Origin: Balanoglossus misakiensis
Taxonomy: Eukaryota > Animalia > Hemichordata
Length of the DNA: 64,000 nucleotides
Assembly: GCA_040954595.2 (NCBI GenBank)
Contig: CM082576.2
Location: forward strand, 7,257,129 to 7,321,128
Direction: 5' to 3'
Below are positions 12,701 through 25,500 of this stretch, one piece after another. Below the pieces are notes generated by a model, which saw nothing but the letters and a program-made list of their open reading frames with translations, was not told the origin of the DNA and searched no databases. How positions within the stretch are numbered: position 1 is the stretch's first letter; each line of letters opens with the position of its first letter. Position numbers and translations under genes: made by a program.

Positions 12701-15563
12701 GAGGGCTCCCTGTGTGATCCCAGCGAACTGTGTTGAAGCAGAACAATTCTCACCCAGTATAACAGCTGTTATGTGATGGCAAGTGTTTCAGAGCTTGAGG
12801 AGACCCCTTCAGGGGGGACTATGTCATGTTCGTTCCCTCATTTACCACAGACTGTTACAAGCCACACACCTACACGGCCACAGATCACCACAAGGTTCTG
12901 GGGAGCAGTACCCATTTGAACCACTGCAAAGCGCGTGATATATGAACAGTTTGATAGATACCACAACATACCCAGCCCAAGTATGCACACCATAGCAACA
13001 GTAAATACCTGGTTGACAGCACATTTGTTGGCTGAAAGGCCGCCCGTTGTGGTCGGTTCCATTGTAAAACTTATTGAACATTAAACTGGGTCATGTGTTC
13101 CGTGCGATAATGGCCTGGTCATCGGAATATTGGCACAGCAATCGCCCTTTATTGTCATCAGTTAAAGCCTGGAATCAGGTCATTTGTTGACCTGTTTCAA
13201 CCATAATGAGGTGGTCAGAATTCCTGACCCGGCCAAGTTGGGCCAGTAACCAGATTACTGGTACTTGACTGTTGCCCAACTTGTTGGACGAGGCTTATGA
13301 TCCGAAGAAAAGTGAGCAGTTTGTTTAAAACAGGACATTTGGCACAATCCTTGTATAGTGTCATTTTCTTGCTTAGATCTCCCTCCCCTCCCCATGGCTT
13401 CAATCTTTTTCAACATCATACAAGATAGTTTTCTGATATCCCAGTAAAACTCTTGTCCCTTTTGCAGTGAAGTTCACATGTAGTAAAATGCGACTACGTG
13501 CCACTGTGGCATTCAGGTCTGGTCATCAGGTCAGTTTCTCAGTATTATCTGCAGAGGTGACTTTATACTTCAATAGTGTCACCTTGAACCTCCTGTGCAA
13601 ATTTCAAGAAGCAGGTCATCTGGTCCATTGCACAAGTCACATCCGATGGCACCATCAATCACAAATTTCTGTTTACAAGCGATGTGTGGTGACACTGAAT
13701 AGAAATCAGTTATTTACACCAATCCTGTCAAGGTCAGCACACCCTTCAACAGATATCTGGAATCAGTTTGAGAAGTGGGTAAATTCTTTAAGTTTGGTGT
13801 GTTGTAAGTTGTGCGCGGTTGACAATCGCCACTGTTGGCTTGCACAGAGAGGCACATTGATTTATTGATGCATAGTTCATAGCAAAATCAGGTAGGCGGA
13901 GTCGTGCCGTCTGCAGAGATAAAAAAATATTCATCTGTGATAAATAATGTTTTGGACAATCAGTTGTTGGTTGCTTATTAACGTCAAACTTGAGAGATGT
14001 GTCATCAAGCTTGCTCTGACTACAAAACTTGGGCACCAGTGACATCTTTTATTTGTCCTGGGTGGATAGTGTGCAAGATTGAACGCTTCGGTGGTTATCT
14101 GATCGAGTTTTAACCGTCCCAAGTTATCTTCGTGAATATGACGTCTGTATTGATGAAAAACTGAGGAACGTTTGCTGAAAATTATTCATTTGGTTTCTGT
14201 CGGTGAAATCAAAGACATCCTTAGGAATCGCGTGAACTGGCAGATGTCACTTCTCCCTGTCTCTGGAGCTTTGCTTTTCACTGTTGCGGTTGACCTAAAT
14301 TACAGGTGCCCTGGTATTCTGGTGCAGTGGATGGGGTTGTGTATTACCCCTTGAAGATTGTTCTGATAACAGTTCAGGCCGTCACTGCATACTAATACAT
14401 AGTGCATTGGGATTAAGGTGGGACTTGACCCCCCTGTGACCTTGGCTCCGGTGCGTGATGTTGTCGTGCGTAAACAAATGCAAGCTCTGTGGTTGAAATT
14501 AAGGTGGTTGATACACTCTTAACAACGGAACAACTGTCTTGTTCTTCTGGTTACAAGTGCTAAAATCCCCAGTCAGGTGACCGCTGTGGCTATTTATGGA
14601 GAGGTCTTTAAATGGCAAGAGTGGGAAAATGGATCTGGTTGAAGACTGATTAAATAATGTTCGGCATTCCGCACTTTTTATAGGTTTCCCCCAATTGTCA
14701 CCTTGGTAAACAGGAGCTTAAGAATTCCTTTGTTCACATTTCGCATTGTGTCCATCGGAGTGACATTTTTTACGTTGTTGCGATCAAAATCCATTGAGGT
14801 TGGGTGTCTCATTGTGAAAAATTGATAGCTGCAGAGTAAACAGGTGAGGGGTGTTATTGAGAAGGTACTTCGGAAGATTGCTTGCTGAGAGAGGTTGGGG
14901 GGGGGGGGAGTGTTCTGTATTTGTTGCCCTATTAGTGTGTTAAAATGAGAATGTCATCATGAGATCTGTGACTGGCATAGTGACCTCTCCTTGTTATATT
15001 GTCAAGATAAATGCAGGTTGCACGAGTGTCTGGCATGTATTTACTATCTGCACACGGTGTTCACCCAACTCTTACTTTCAGCTGGATTGACTCTGAATAG
15101 TTGACATACCACATCTTTGCAAAAGATGACCTGTGTCACATCAGTAGTTCTGTTTAATAGTGCATGGTTTAACCCTTTCACCACCATGGTTGGGTCCAAA
15201 CCCGTTGTTTTCCATGTAAAGCTGGACCTCTATACAGGAATAAGGGGTGAAAGGGTTTAAAGGAACCCAGGCTCTCTTTGCCTCAAAGTAAAGGATTTAC
15301 CACTGAGGTTCTTCACCCTTATGGTTCATTGATGTTCTATCCTCAAATGTCTGCATATGAACCTGCGGCGTAGAAAATCTCATTGAAATCTTTTTGTGTT
15401 TTTGTTTTAGTTGAGTGAAGACTGGCAGATTGATTACGCATCCTACAACTGGACCAAGCTCGATCCTGACGCTCCAGAAACCAAGAAGAAAGTTCAGGAA
15501 TACTTCAGCTGGGAAGGAGACTTTGACGGCAAAACTTTGTATGATGGCCAGATCTACAAGTAG
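9757..15563 (+). CDS. EEF1G: Eukaryotic translation elongation factor 1B gamma; exons 9757-9768, 9907-10065, 10638-10701, 10900-11042, 11140-11283, 11440-11569, 11697-11871, 11988-12160, 12289-12413, 15411-15563 (1278 nt, 425 aa)
   Basis: The spliced protein starts MAAG|[22 protein letters not shown]...KFPVGK|[21 protein letters not shown] (GST-like N domain). It continues with [29 protein letters not shown] and [14 protein letters not shown], then a Lys/Glu linker. The C-terminal domain reads [15 protein letters not shown]...[16 protein letters not shown]...[18 protein letters not shown]...YFSWEG. All introns are GT-AG and all phases are consistent. Confidence 0.97.
15173..15255. mobile_element. 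Short piggyBac-like MITE in EEF1G intron 9
   Basis: TIRs CCCTTTCACC ... GGTGAAAGGG, flanked by TTAA on the left and TTTAA on the right. CCC-starting TIRs with a TTAA target are typical of piggyBac-type elements. Confidence 0.6.
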
Positions 15564-15868
15564 AAAGCCCTGAAGTGAGAGGAGAGAGAAACAAAAAACA
15601 CCAACCCAACCTTTCCACCCCTTCATGAGTCAAATGCATTGATCCAGCCTTCCATCAGAACATTCCACAAGGGAGACAGGGGTGGAAAGGTTGATAGCTT
15701 TGATTTTTTGAAACCATTCTCAAACATGTTTGAAACTCCTCCCTGTGGTCAATTCTATGACCATACACCATACTCATTGTAGAACACAAGTCCTTGCTGG
15801 AAAACTGCTGGCTTTTTGAAAGAACATCAACTGTGAAAAAACACCAAGACAAGGTTGTTAAACCACCA

Positions 15869-15874
15869 AATAAA
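15869..15874 (+). terminator. Candidate polyadenylation signal of EEF1G
   Basis: AATAAA about 300 nt after the stop, followed by a GT/T-rich tract (TATGTGTGTGTATTTTTTTT). Confidence 0.6.
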
Positions 15875-16588
15875 AACAAGATTTACGTAAATCATTGCCC
15901 TATGTGTGTGTATTTTTTTTAGCTCCGCCTGTTCGTCAGTTTCAAGAGCAGCATTAGATTTCTGGAGCAGTTATCTGCAAAGAATCACTGTGGAACTGTA
16001 TCGGCTGGCGGCAAGGTGGCTTGTTGTGCTTGAGAGAACCTTTACGATCTGTACATAAGAACAGTGTGTGTTGTTTTATGGCGAGCTGCTGAGACAATTG
16101 AACTGCCTACATCTAACCGTAAATTATGCTGAGTTGCAGGCCCTTGCAAAGCCCCTGTGCCTGCAGATTCCAAAGAAAACCAATGTCGTGTGTGAGAGAG
16201 CCATGCCACAACTGCTGGCGGGTGCTTCTGACCTTTGACCTTGTCGACACGACTGAGCCAGTCTGGATTTTTCCATCTCATCGCATCATCTAGGTGCCTG
16301 TATGCAGATCTTACCCTCAGGTGACACAAATAGCAGATGTTGGGCAGTAAAGTCAAATATGCTGAGTTACAGTGTGCGAGCCTATAGCTGGTAGCAAACT
16401 GGGCCCTGATTCAAAATTACCAAAAGAATGTACCTTTTTCCCCGATGACAGACATATTTTTTTGTTTGCGCACTGAATCCATGCTCCAACAGTTTTGTGA
16501 AATTTAGTCACGAAGGTTACACTTCGAGAACTGATGATGTCTGTCATCCCCACGAGTTTGTAATTTATTTTCTAAACCCGTACAGATA

Positions 16589-16796
16589 CTAGTAAGAATC
16601 GGAGTGGAGTGACACTCCGACAGACAGGCGACAGAGAGTGTCCAACATCCAGTGGTGACTTCCACCATATTTGTAGTAAATGACTTCACGCATCGCCGCA
16701 ATTCATTGAAGATCACAAAAGGTTTCGATAAAATAAAAAACACCCAAGTGCGCGGAATCGGGGTGTCGCATATATTCCATTGTAGGCGGTGATAGA
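16589..16796 (-). mobile_element. Putative short non-autonomous Helitron
   Basis: The minus-strand 3' end reads TCGGAGTG-TCACTC-CACTCCGA (hairpin), TTCTTA, CTAG|T, the canonical Helitron terminus. A candidate 5' A|TC lies at 16796, but that boundary is uncertain. Confidence 0.45.
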
Positions 16797-19376
16797 TATA
16801 CAGCTATCCATAACTGCTACATGCAGTGCGACCTACTTCGGAAGAGTGGCTTTTATATACCTCGCCTTGAAAGATCTACTTCAAACAACTGCCTTCAGAA
16901 CAAGAAGTCTTTGTTCTTTCGGCCAGGTCTTATAGCACATACATTGCCGAGACTGTAAATGGTCGCACCATATAATTATTTGACCCTCCTTCTGCACATT
17001 GCGGTTTATTACCCAAGTTATACCGAAGAGTGATGGCAAAAGTCGGTTTTTTATGAAGAGCTATTGAAACGTGCAAAAAAACTAATAAAAAGTGCCGGTT
17101 TTATATTGTGAGAAGAACATTTCCGAATGGAAAAAATCGTACTATGCATTAAGAGGACACTGTCATTTAATCGTTGAAATTCCCACTGTATAGATATGGC
17201 TGTATCTGCACTAACCATCGCGTGGGGTTCGCCCCTTGCGGAGATCTGCAGTTGCTTGGCAACAGTCCTGGGCCCACACCCGTTGCCAGGAAACTGGGCA
17301 GTTGCTTCCAGAGTTCACGCCAGGTTAACCTCTGACCTGATGAGTTCAGTTCGTACGTGCCGAGTCAACACCATATCCCTATAGGCTAAATGAGTGCTTG
17401 AACGACGTATATGATACCGCTCAAAGTGTTTCGCCGATCCCCATGAGGGGTCTATTTCATGTATGACCTATATAACGCATGACTTCGTTGCACTGAGACC
17501 CAATTTTCCAATAAAAGCTGCCGAGGTCCAGTGACAGTCTTCACTACACAGTTGCCACACCAACAGGTACTCAGGGAAAACTGTTTACCCGATTCGCGTA
17601 AAATCTGCCGAGGCCAGTGGCCAACCATGCCCTAATCACGGACCAACTTTGTAGCGTGTTAAAGAAATCCGTCGGTGGCCAATGCATCGAGGTTTAGAGA
17701 CAGAAAAATACTTACTGGGTGTCAAGAACAACGCCTTGGCGTCAACTTCAAAGTTAAGGTAAACTGGTGTAACTGTTCACTGCTGTGTGTTACAATGGTC
17801 TTACTTCCATTCATTCCTTGGCAAAACTTGCACGTGTGCTACATGTAAACTATTGTATTTCAGTTTGTGCCTAATGTTGTGGCAATCGTTTAGTTTACGT
17901 GTAAAGAGAACTGCTTGATACAAGTACATAAATTTGTGGTGTGGAGTGCATACACCTAAAGGTGAGAATTGTTTGTTGAATCGAATCATATAGATAAGAA
18001 TACAACACGATCATCCTTCCGGAATGTTTACCCGGTGTGTTGTAAGTCAGGCCCCCTTCGAAAAAATGCCATTATTAGTTCTACTATGGATGGGTAATGT
18101 CTCACACGACGGTCAGCTGTCTCGCTGGTAACGGAAGCAAAGGAAAAAATGCATTTTGTGAAATGTGATGCTTACGGCCTCCGCATTGCGCTCCTAAAAC
18201 AGGTCCTTGAAAACTTGGGACACAATCAATCACTCCCGGTCATGACAGATGGTATGACACCCACTCCCACCCCCTAGAAAAACACAACAAAAACAAATCC
18301 CGGAAAACACTGGAAACCAAGTATAAGAAGTTCGCAAAGTACATGAAGGAACTGGATTACTTAAGAGTGATGCCATGAGAGGATTTTCACGCGCAGTACT
18401 GGCGTGACCCGCGTGACCAGACTTTGATTTCTCACTGTGAATCAGAGAAAAGAATGATGCTCTTCATTTATGTATACTACATTTGCTATACCACCCATGT
18501 AACTAGAAAGTTATATAATACTGTTCAATTGTCACGGTTGAAAGTATATTTTGATCGATTTGCTAGTGACAAGTACATCGTGTACAGTCATTCTGTGAAT
18601 GAAGAGTTTAATCGCACACGCAATGGGTGTTTTTAGTATTGATCGCATTGTTAAATATTAATAATTGCCATTGGTACTATAATTAGTGACACTTAATAAA
18701 GAAACTAATTACAATGCCTTAATAATTGCTAACGTGGCACGTATTATCATCATGATTGCATAAAATATGAAATATTCATATGGGGTATTGAAATTCCACA
18801 GGGTCATCTTATGTACAAGCGATCTGTAACACCTTGCAGCCAAATAATTTTGTCACTTCATAAAATGTGTCATATCAGTTTTGCTTGAATCAAACATCCC
18901 GACTAACGTAACGGGTAGACATGACCGAAGCATCAACCCAGCTCCATGCGTCAACAGGTGTCAGTAGGCCTAATGGAAAAATGGCGTCGAAAAAGAGAAC
19001 ATACGGTAGTACTTTAAAGGTGAATTGTTTTCCACGGTAAACAATGGGGTAGTCGGTCACTATGGACCTTTGACAAGGCGAAACTGTGCACGACACAGCG
19101 CAAACGCCATCGATCAAACGATGGATGGCAACGGGGAGCAAAAAAGACACAAGCGTTCCTCCTGTCTGAAGTCGACCCTATGATAATCCCATTATTCATA
19201 TGCAAATATCGGGGCCACGGCGCCCATAGCCGAGCGTTTCCGCTGGCATTCCGACTATTTCTATTCACTGAGAAAATGAATGAAGGCGAATGGATAGCCA
19301 GCCAGCCAGTGGTGACCAAGTGACCTGTTAAAAAAGTTCCCATAGTCGCAAGAACGTCGTCTTGCATTTGACAGCC

Positions 19377-19560
19377 ATGGCTGCCTACGTCGGCCTTGCC
19401 GTTTGCCTGATAAGCCTACCGAATGTCGCGGCGGCCCAGGAGAGCGGGTCGGACTGCACTGGTACCATCGTTGGGGTTGCGATTGGGTGTGTTCTGGGCA
19501 CCTTACTTATTGTCAGCATCGCCATTTTCTTATTTATGCTCTACAGACGGCGAGTGAAGG
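19377..19560 (+). CDS. Exon encoding signal peptide, very short ectodomain and transmembrane helix
   Basis: Strong Kozak context GCCATGG. Reads MAAYVGLAVCLISLPNVAAA-QESGSDCTG-TIVGVAIGCVLGTLLIVSIAIFLFML-YRRRVK, with a basic stop-transfer. Donor AAGG/GTGAGT. Confidence 0.75.
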
Positions 19561-22500
19561 GTGAGTGCACGTAAACGAGGCTCATTTGCAAGAAAAAAAT
19601 TAGGACTTGTGTTTAGTTTGTGTGTCAGCTGACAGTCATGCCTGCGGTCATTGCCACCGACACCGAGCTGCGGTGAACCGGTTCGGCCTGTATTAACTTT
19701 GTTGTTTTCCATACTTACGTTGTACCGGAAATGCAGTGCACCTAATCAATCGAATTTTTTTTCCGACCAAAAAATGTCACTTCACTTCAGCTAACTCACT
19801 GTTTCGGGATTGCACACCCTGGTCACAACCAATGACAACGAGTATAGTGTATGACTTAGTTACATATTTGTTAGTAGCTACTATGTATTAACTTGTGTTC
19901 CTATATCAAATAGCGTATAGCGTCGTATCTGGGCGCTCTAACAATACACTTTCACTCTCATAAAAGCTTCCGTGTCTAAACTGTACGCTACTGGGGCTTT
20001 GGGACTGGATAACTTGCAAAAAAATTTGCCATTATTATTGGCTGGGGAATAAACAGTGAATGGTTTTATCGATTTAAACGTCACCCTGGATAATTTTGCA
20101 GACGACATTTTTAGAGCATTGTCCGCCAAATAATACTCCATATTCACACGGGAATTCATGATATACCGCACTGATTTTTGTTCCTCTTTTCTCGGTGGTA
20201 CCCACGATTTTGTCCCGTACTAGCCCCAGGGCCGAAACACGTGTTACAAAAGCTCTTTTCATGCAGAAATCTTCATTTTCGTTTCTGCGAAAAACAAGGA
20301 AGTTCGTTGAATTGGGCGAAGTCTCTAACTTTAACAAGGTCTCTTTTCCTGATTTTTTATTTGTGTGCATTGTCAAGAGAACAAATAGGCCTTAGCCTAC
20401 TAGGCTACAGCAGTGTCAGCGTCCCGAGTAATAACCGTTTCCAATATCGAAGAAAGACAGAAAAGTCCACCTGTTAACCATGACGGAGTCGTTGAAACAG
20501 TCATTCATTTAAAATCAATGTTTGTGGTGACAAGCATATATTGCTTGCGTTCAATTTATGCCAGGGTAAACAGACTTCATTGACATGCCATCACGTTGTG
20601 CACACAGACCCCCATGACATGTATTATATACTACGCTGCGTGCAAACAGATATAGGATAACGACGCTGATATATAGTTATAATTATCCAGCAACTCAAAG
20701 ACATATTCTATCAGAAATACAGTGTGCTGGTTTGACGTGGTGCTAAGTTGTCGAAATCGCACAAAAATCACACAAGATTAAGATTCTCTTTTACTAAATT
20801 TAGTGGCTAAATATAGTCCGCCATTATACGACCACTGTGGTACGGTTACACCTCTAAGTGGTCACCCCTGGTATATATATTGGGTGAATAATTTGTCCGA
20901 CGTGTGTCCCGACCCTCCTGTCTACGGGTTCACGCAAGGATTAGGCATGTCCGCATATAAAGTACGCCTCGGGCGAGCTAATTAGAGCGAAAATTAGCCA
21001 CGACAAACAAACAAGTCGGGGCGTTCACACAGGCGTGCATAAATAGCACCACTTGACCGCAAAAGGCGAGTCAATCGCGATGACCACACAGGTGAAACGA
21101 AGGCTACATAAATATCGAGGCGTGTTTTAAAGATAACATAAAACGGGGTACTTAAAAAGTCGCAAGAACAATAAAACTATGCCACACCTGATGATGTGTG
21201 GTGACAGATTTAACAAAAACTTTTCCTTAACGGATTGAACGAAATTAAATTGTCAACACCATTGGTTCAACTCGACAACAAGCCCAAATCGAGAGTCAAT
21301 TTCTATTATAATGCATGCATGCGCGTGTGTTACGAAATGTATTTAAATGTGAATGGACAGGGCCAGCGTTATTTAAACCCTTTCAAAATCTAGTTATTTA
21401 CGATTAAATTTCACATGTCAGTGTAAGGCCGAATTGTTTTTTAAAAAACTGCAAACACCCACTTCGCGTTTTAAACACGAACCGAGCAAATATTTTCTTT
21501 AAAAATGGCAAATTATCTTCGCTAAAACACTCATTTTGTCCTTGACGCACAAAGGAAAACGGCTAGTCACTACATTTATCGAAAATATGCAAGTATAAGC
21601 GACAGGAGAGTCAAACAGTCTTTAAAAACCCGAAATCTGTAATACAGGAACGCCCCGATTATTGTAAATAATATTGCTCCACAACACAACACGGCAACGT
21701 CAAATACACGTGTAAGTGACTTGCAAAACTTAAAGAGAGTTCCATCCATTCATTAGACGCCATCTTAACCTTGAAGTAACAAAATTGAAACGGTGGTCCC
21801 TCCCGGCCCTGGATTCATTTGTAACACCGTGCGCTGGGTTAATACTACTCGTGGTTAAGGTGTAGCTGAACGAAATACAGTGTCCACACACGACAAGTTT
21901 AATTTATAACCCACGAGTTCTTCAATCTGTATTGTCGAATTGTCGAATACTGTACTGAAAAATCAGATCATTATATCAGGCCTCAGACTGACTTTGTTTC
22001 CGGTTGATGGTGCTGGAAATATGAAATAATTTATTAGGCACACCGTAGACATATTTCATTCTAATTTTTTACGCTTTACAGCGAAAGGGACGAGAACTGA
22101 ATGAGTTTGTAACACTGCTATGCTAATACACAGCCCCACGTAATGCATTCTGATTTGGCATGTTTGAGTTTGTTCTGATGAGGAATTCCTCCAATTGTAG
22201 CTGTTTCAATGTATCAGCCGAGTCCGTTTAATTTTGGGGGAAAAAACAACAGATAGAAACCCGTCATAAAAATCGCATGAAGTGTTATGTAAATCAGCCA
22301 ATTCTGTATCATAAATTCCTGGAAAGAACACCACCGTCTGTATACACGACCTCGCCACAAGTCTACATACATATTTTATGTTTCTGCAATAAGCTTAAAA
22401 ATAACATGGTATGCGGTGTCATTGTGATGAAGATACCTGATGATTGTAAATATGTCACAAATATTTAAATGAAAATTATTTTATGTCAGTCGTAAAATAA

Positions 22501-25500
22501 ACATCGAATTCTTTGACAAGTCTCGACATATAGTTTGTCTAGACTTTGCTTTTAATCTCTTTCTTGCATGTGTCTCTGTTTCTTCGGCAGCTCGCAACTA
22601 CGAACCAAATGACACCCTCGCAAACCCCAACGCGGTGCCGGAGCAGTTAGATGAAGTCGCGATCGAACAAGGTGAGTCTGTGACGGTTTTTTTGTGCGTG
22701 GAAGGAAACAATGATGAAAACAATGCAGTTTTTGTCGATGTAATTAGTAACACCCGGATGATTGGCGTGATTTCAAACGTCTGGCGAACCCTTTGATTGA
22801 CGACGCTCGACGCTTGCCTGGCCGGCCGCGTTTTTCTGTTTTGCGCACAACTTTGGTAAAGCCCCAGAAGAGTGATAATCGAGGACATATCTTTCTCAAA
22901 GCAACAAGCCCTCATCTCAGTTCAAACAATCGCGATGAACTCTGTCGTGTTATCACAAGAACGATAAATTTACGGTTTTATTTATTGCTAGCATAGCTGA
23001 ATACCTTGATTGGCGTTGTTCTCCGTGCACGTTTGTCGCCAAACTGTCTTGCATCACCTGCACATGCTATGTCCTCGGTAGGTTTATTTAGAAACCAGTG
23101 CTTTACTTAACAGTTTGTTTCCATCTGTGGGGTAGTATAGGTAGTTCTATGAACAGTAAAAAGTTAGCTCCACACAGCTGTTCAGTGGGTTCGTAGGACG
23201 GGTTCAGGGGGCATAAACACAATTTAAATAGGTAGTGGATACAGGGTGATGAATTCCGTTGCATAAGAGGACTAGTTCAGAATTGTCTGTCTGTCTGTGA
23301 AAATACTGTAGTCTTGTCTGGAGGAAAAGGCACGCACGCCGAATGGCCACGAGGGAATTACCCCACACTTGTTTTGTAATGTTCTTAAAAACAAAAATGG
23401 TGAAAGCAATGTCGTGTAGTGGAATATGTGCGTCGGACAAAATTGAAGGGCGCCATCAAAACTATCTGTCGCTAATTCGATGGGAAATAATAACAGCAGG
23501 TACACGTACTTATATAATCCCTTGGTTTGGGTGAACATAAGTAGCTACTAGATAGCATATTACTGGCGTACAACCGCGAGGGGGTAGTATTCGATGGTTT
23601 TGTAAGGGTAGAGAGGCGCAAATGAAACAAAACCAGGTTTGGTTTATAGTATGGCTATTTGTAACATCACGTGATAAAGAAATAAATACTGAATGTGGAC
23701 GTCACTGCGTTTGTATTATATAACGTACGCTGGTGTGAGTTTTAAGGCAACACCGTGGATGGCGCAGTCTTCCTGTCTAGCATAGTACAGGTATCTAGTA
23801 TTTACTGCATACATATTTTGTCATCTTCCTGTATTTGCATGAACCGTATTGATCACACTGTGTCATCAGATTTTTTGTTTGCTTGAGGTGGGCGTGATGT
23901 GTCTTGACGACAATACAACCGAAATATGTCACTGTGTGCAACTCGGTGACAGGTCAGTCTAGGATCACTATAACGCCGAACGGAGCACTAAAAGTCAGCA
24001 CAAATTTGCGAACACGACTGACCGAAACTCGCATCTAATTTTCTCTTCTCCCAAGGAAGGACATGTCAATGTTCAACATACACGTAAACTGCCACAAGAA
24101 GTTTGAATAAAATCTACCCATAAGGGCTGCATGTCTGTGGTACAGTACCTAAATGATATCAAATACAATGCAATTCAGGTCGGTAACACGTACCATTGTG
24201 ACACAAAACAGCAACCCGCCATCAATCAAACACACAAACCTACAAAATGCTGACACGAAGTGAACAATCCCCAGTGAGATCTGCCCAACGGTTGCAACGT
24301 ACCGGTACCCGCACACTGACCAACTGAAGTGAAATATCTAAAGATGCAAAACGAAACGAATTTTCTATTCAACTTGGACAATCCAATTATGTCGCCTACC
24401 AATTATCGAATTTGTATCTGCGCACTTCAAGAAAATATCAAGCCAGTACAACTGACAGATTTTATGAAATTCAACAAAAAAATAATGGAAAAGCCAAAGC
24501 GCGAATAACCTATCAAACCTGCGACGACACCAGAGAAAATTCTGTACTGGGGCTTGAAACTCCCGAAGCTATTATGACTCTCGACTATTCCTGAGAAACG
24601 TAAGGTCTTCATGATCACGTATGCTAAGTAGGTCTCTCTACTCGCCCTTAGCATTCACATGCTAATAACAGTAAATAATCAGAGTTTCTTCGGAAAATCA
24701 AAAATCTTTTTTTTTCAGTTTAAAAGTTAACGACATTTATGGTTAGTACCGGAAAGTTAACTTGATTCCACACATTTTTTTACTGAATACGCAAGGTTTT
24801 ATCGCGTGCGAGCCTTGGCACTCAAAAACTTGGCAAGTTCACAACACGAAGAAAGCCTTTCGGTGGTCGCGAAGTTCATGGAATGCCAAGGCTTGTTCGT
24901 CGACGTAAGTACAAATGACCCTCTGCTAACGTGTATGCAGTTCAAAGGTCAGTGACAAGTCATAAACTATAGTGCAAGGTGTGCCACTGGAATGGAAGGT
25001 GCGCGTTCGGGGGAGGGGCTCGGAACATGCGCATCGGTCACATATTTTCCGGGGGAAAAAAACTATATTGTCAATGATTTGTAATATTAAAGAATGCGGC
25101 AAGTCTTGTTGAAAACAAAGAAGAAAACAGGGCGTTCAACATCTTGTTTTGATAAAAATCACTAATTTAAATTTTCTCCATAGAGTTAACATATAGAGAT
25201 TGGTGAACACTTTGAATTTTGAAGTTGAGATATTTGTGCTCTCTCGTTCAAAAATTTGCACGGTACGTGACCCCTAGGACAATCTAAAGTTCCCTAGCAA
25301 AGAGGACTACGTAGGCTACCTCTAGGGACCGTGATTAAAACAGTACTTGAGTTCTTAGGGAATGTCAAAATGGAGGCAGATATGACGGATTACACTGAAT
25401 GGCATTTTATGCATAAGATAGATGGGGCTTGCCAAGAATGCGGAATTCCGGCCTGCGTGGGCTCTTTCTATTGTATCGCGGGACAGCTCCAGTGATCTCA

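Noticed and set aside
17337-17410. CTGATGAG as a hammerhead ribozyme core
   Set aside because: I could not build a correctly placed GAAA and NUH cleavage triplet with stems II and III.
20803-21001. GTGGCTAA...TTAGCCAC as MITE termini
   Set aside because: The inverted repeats are only 8 bp with no clear target-site duplication, so this could be chance.
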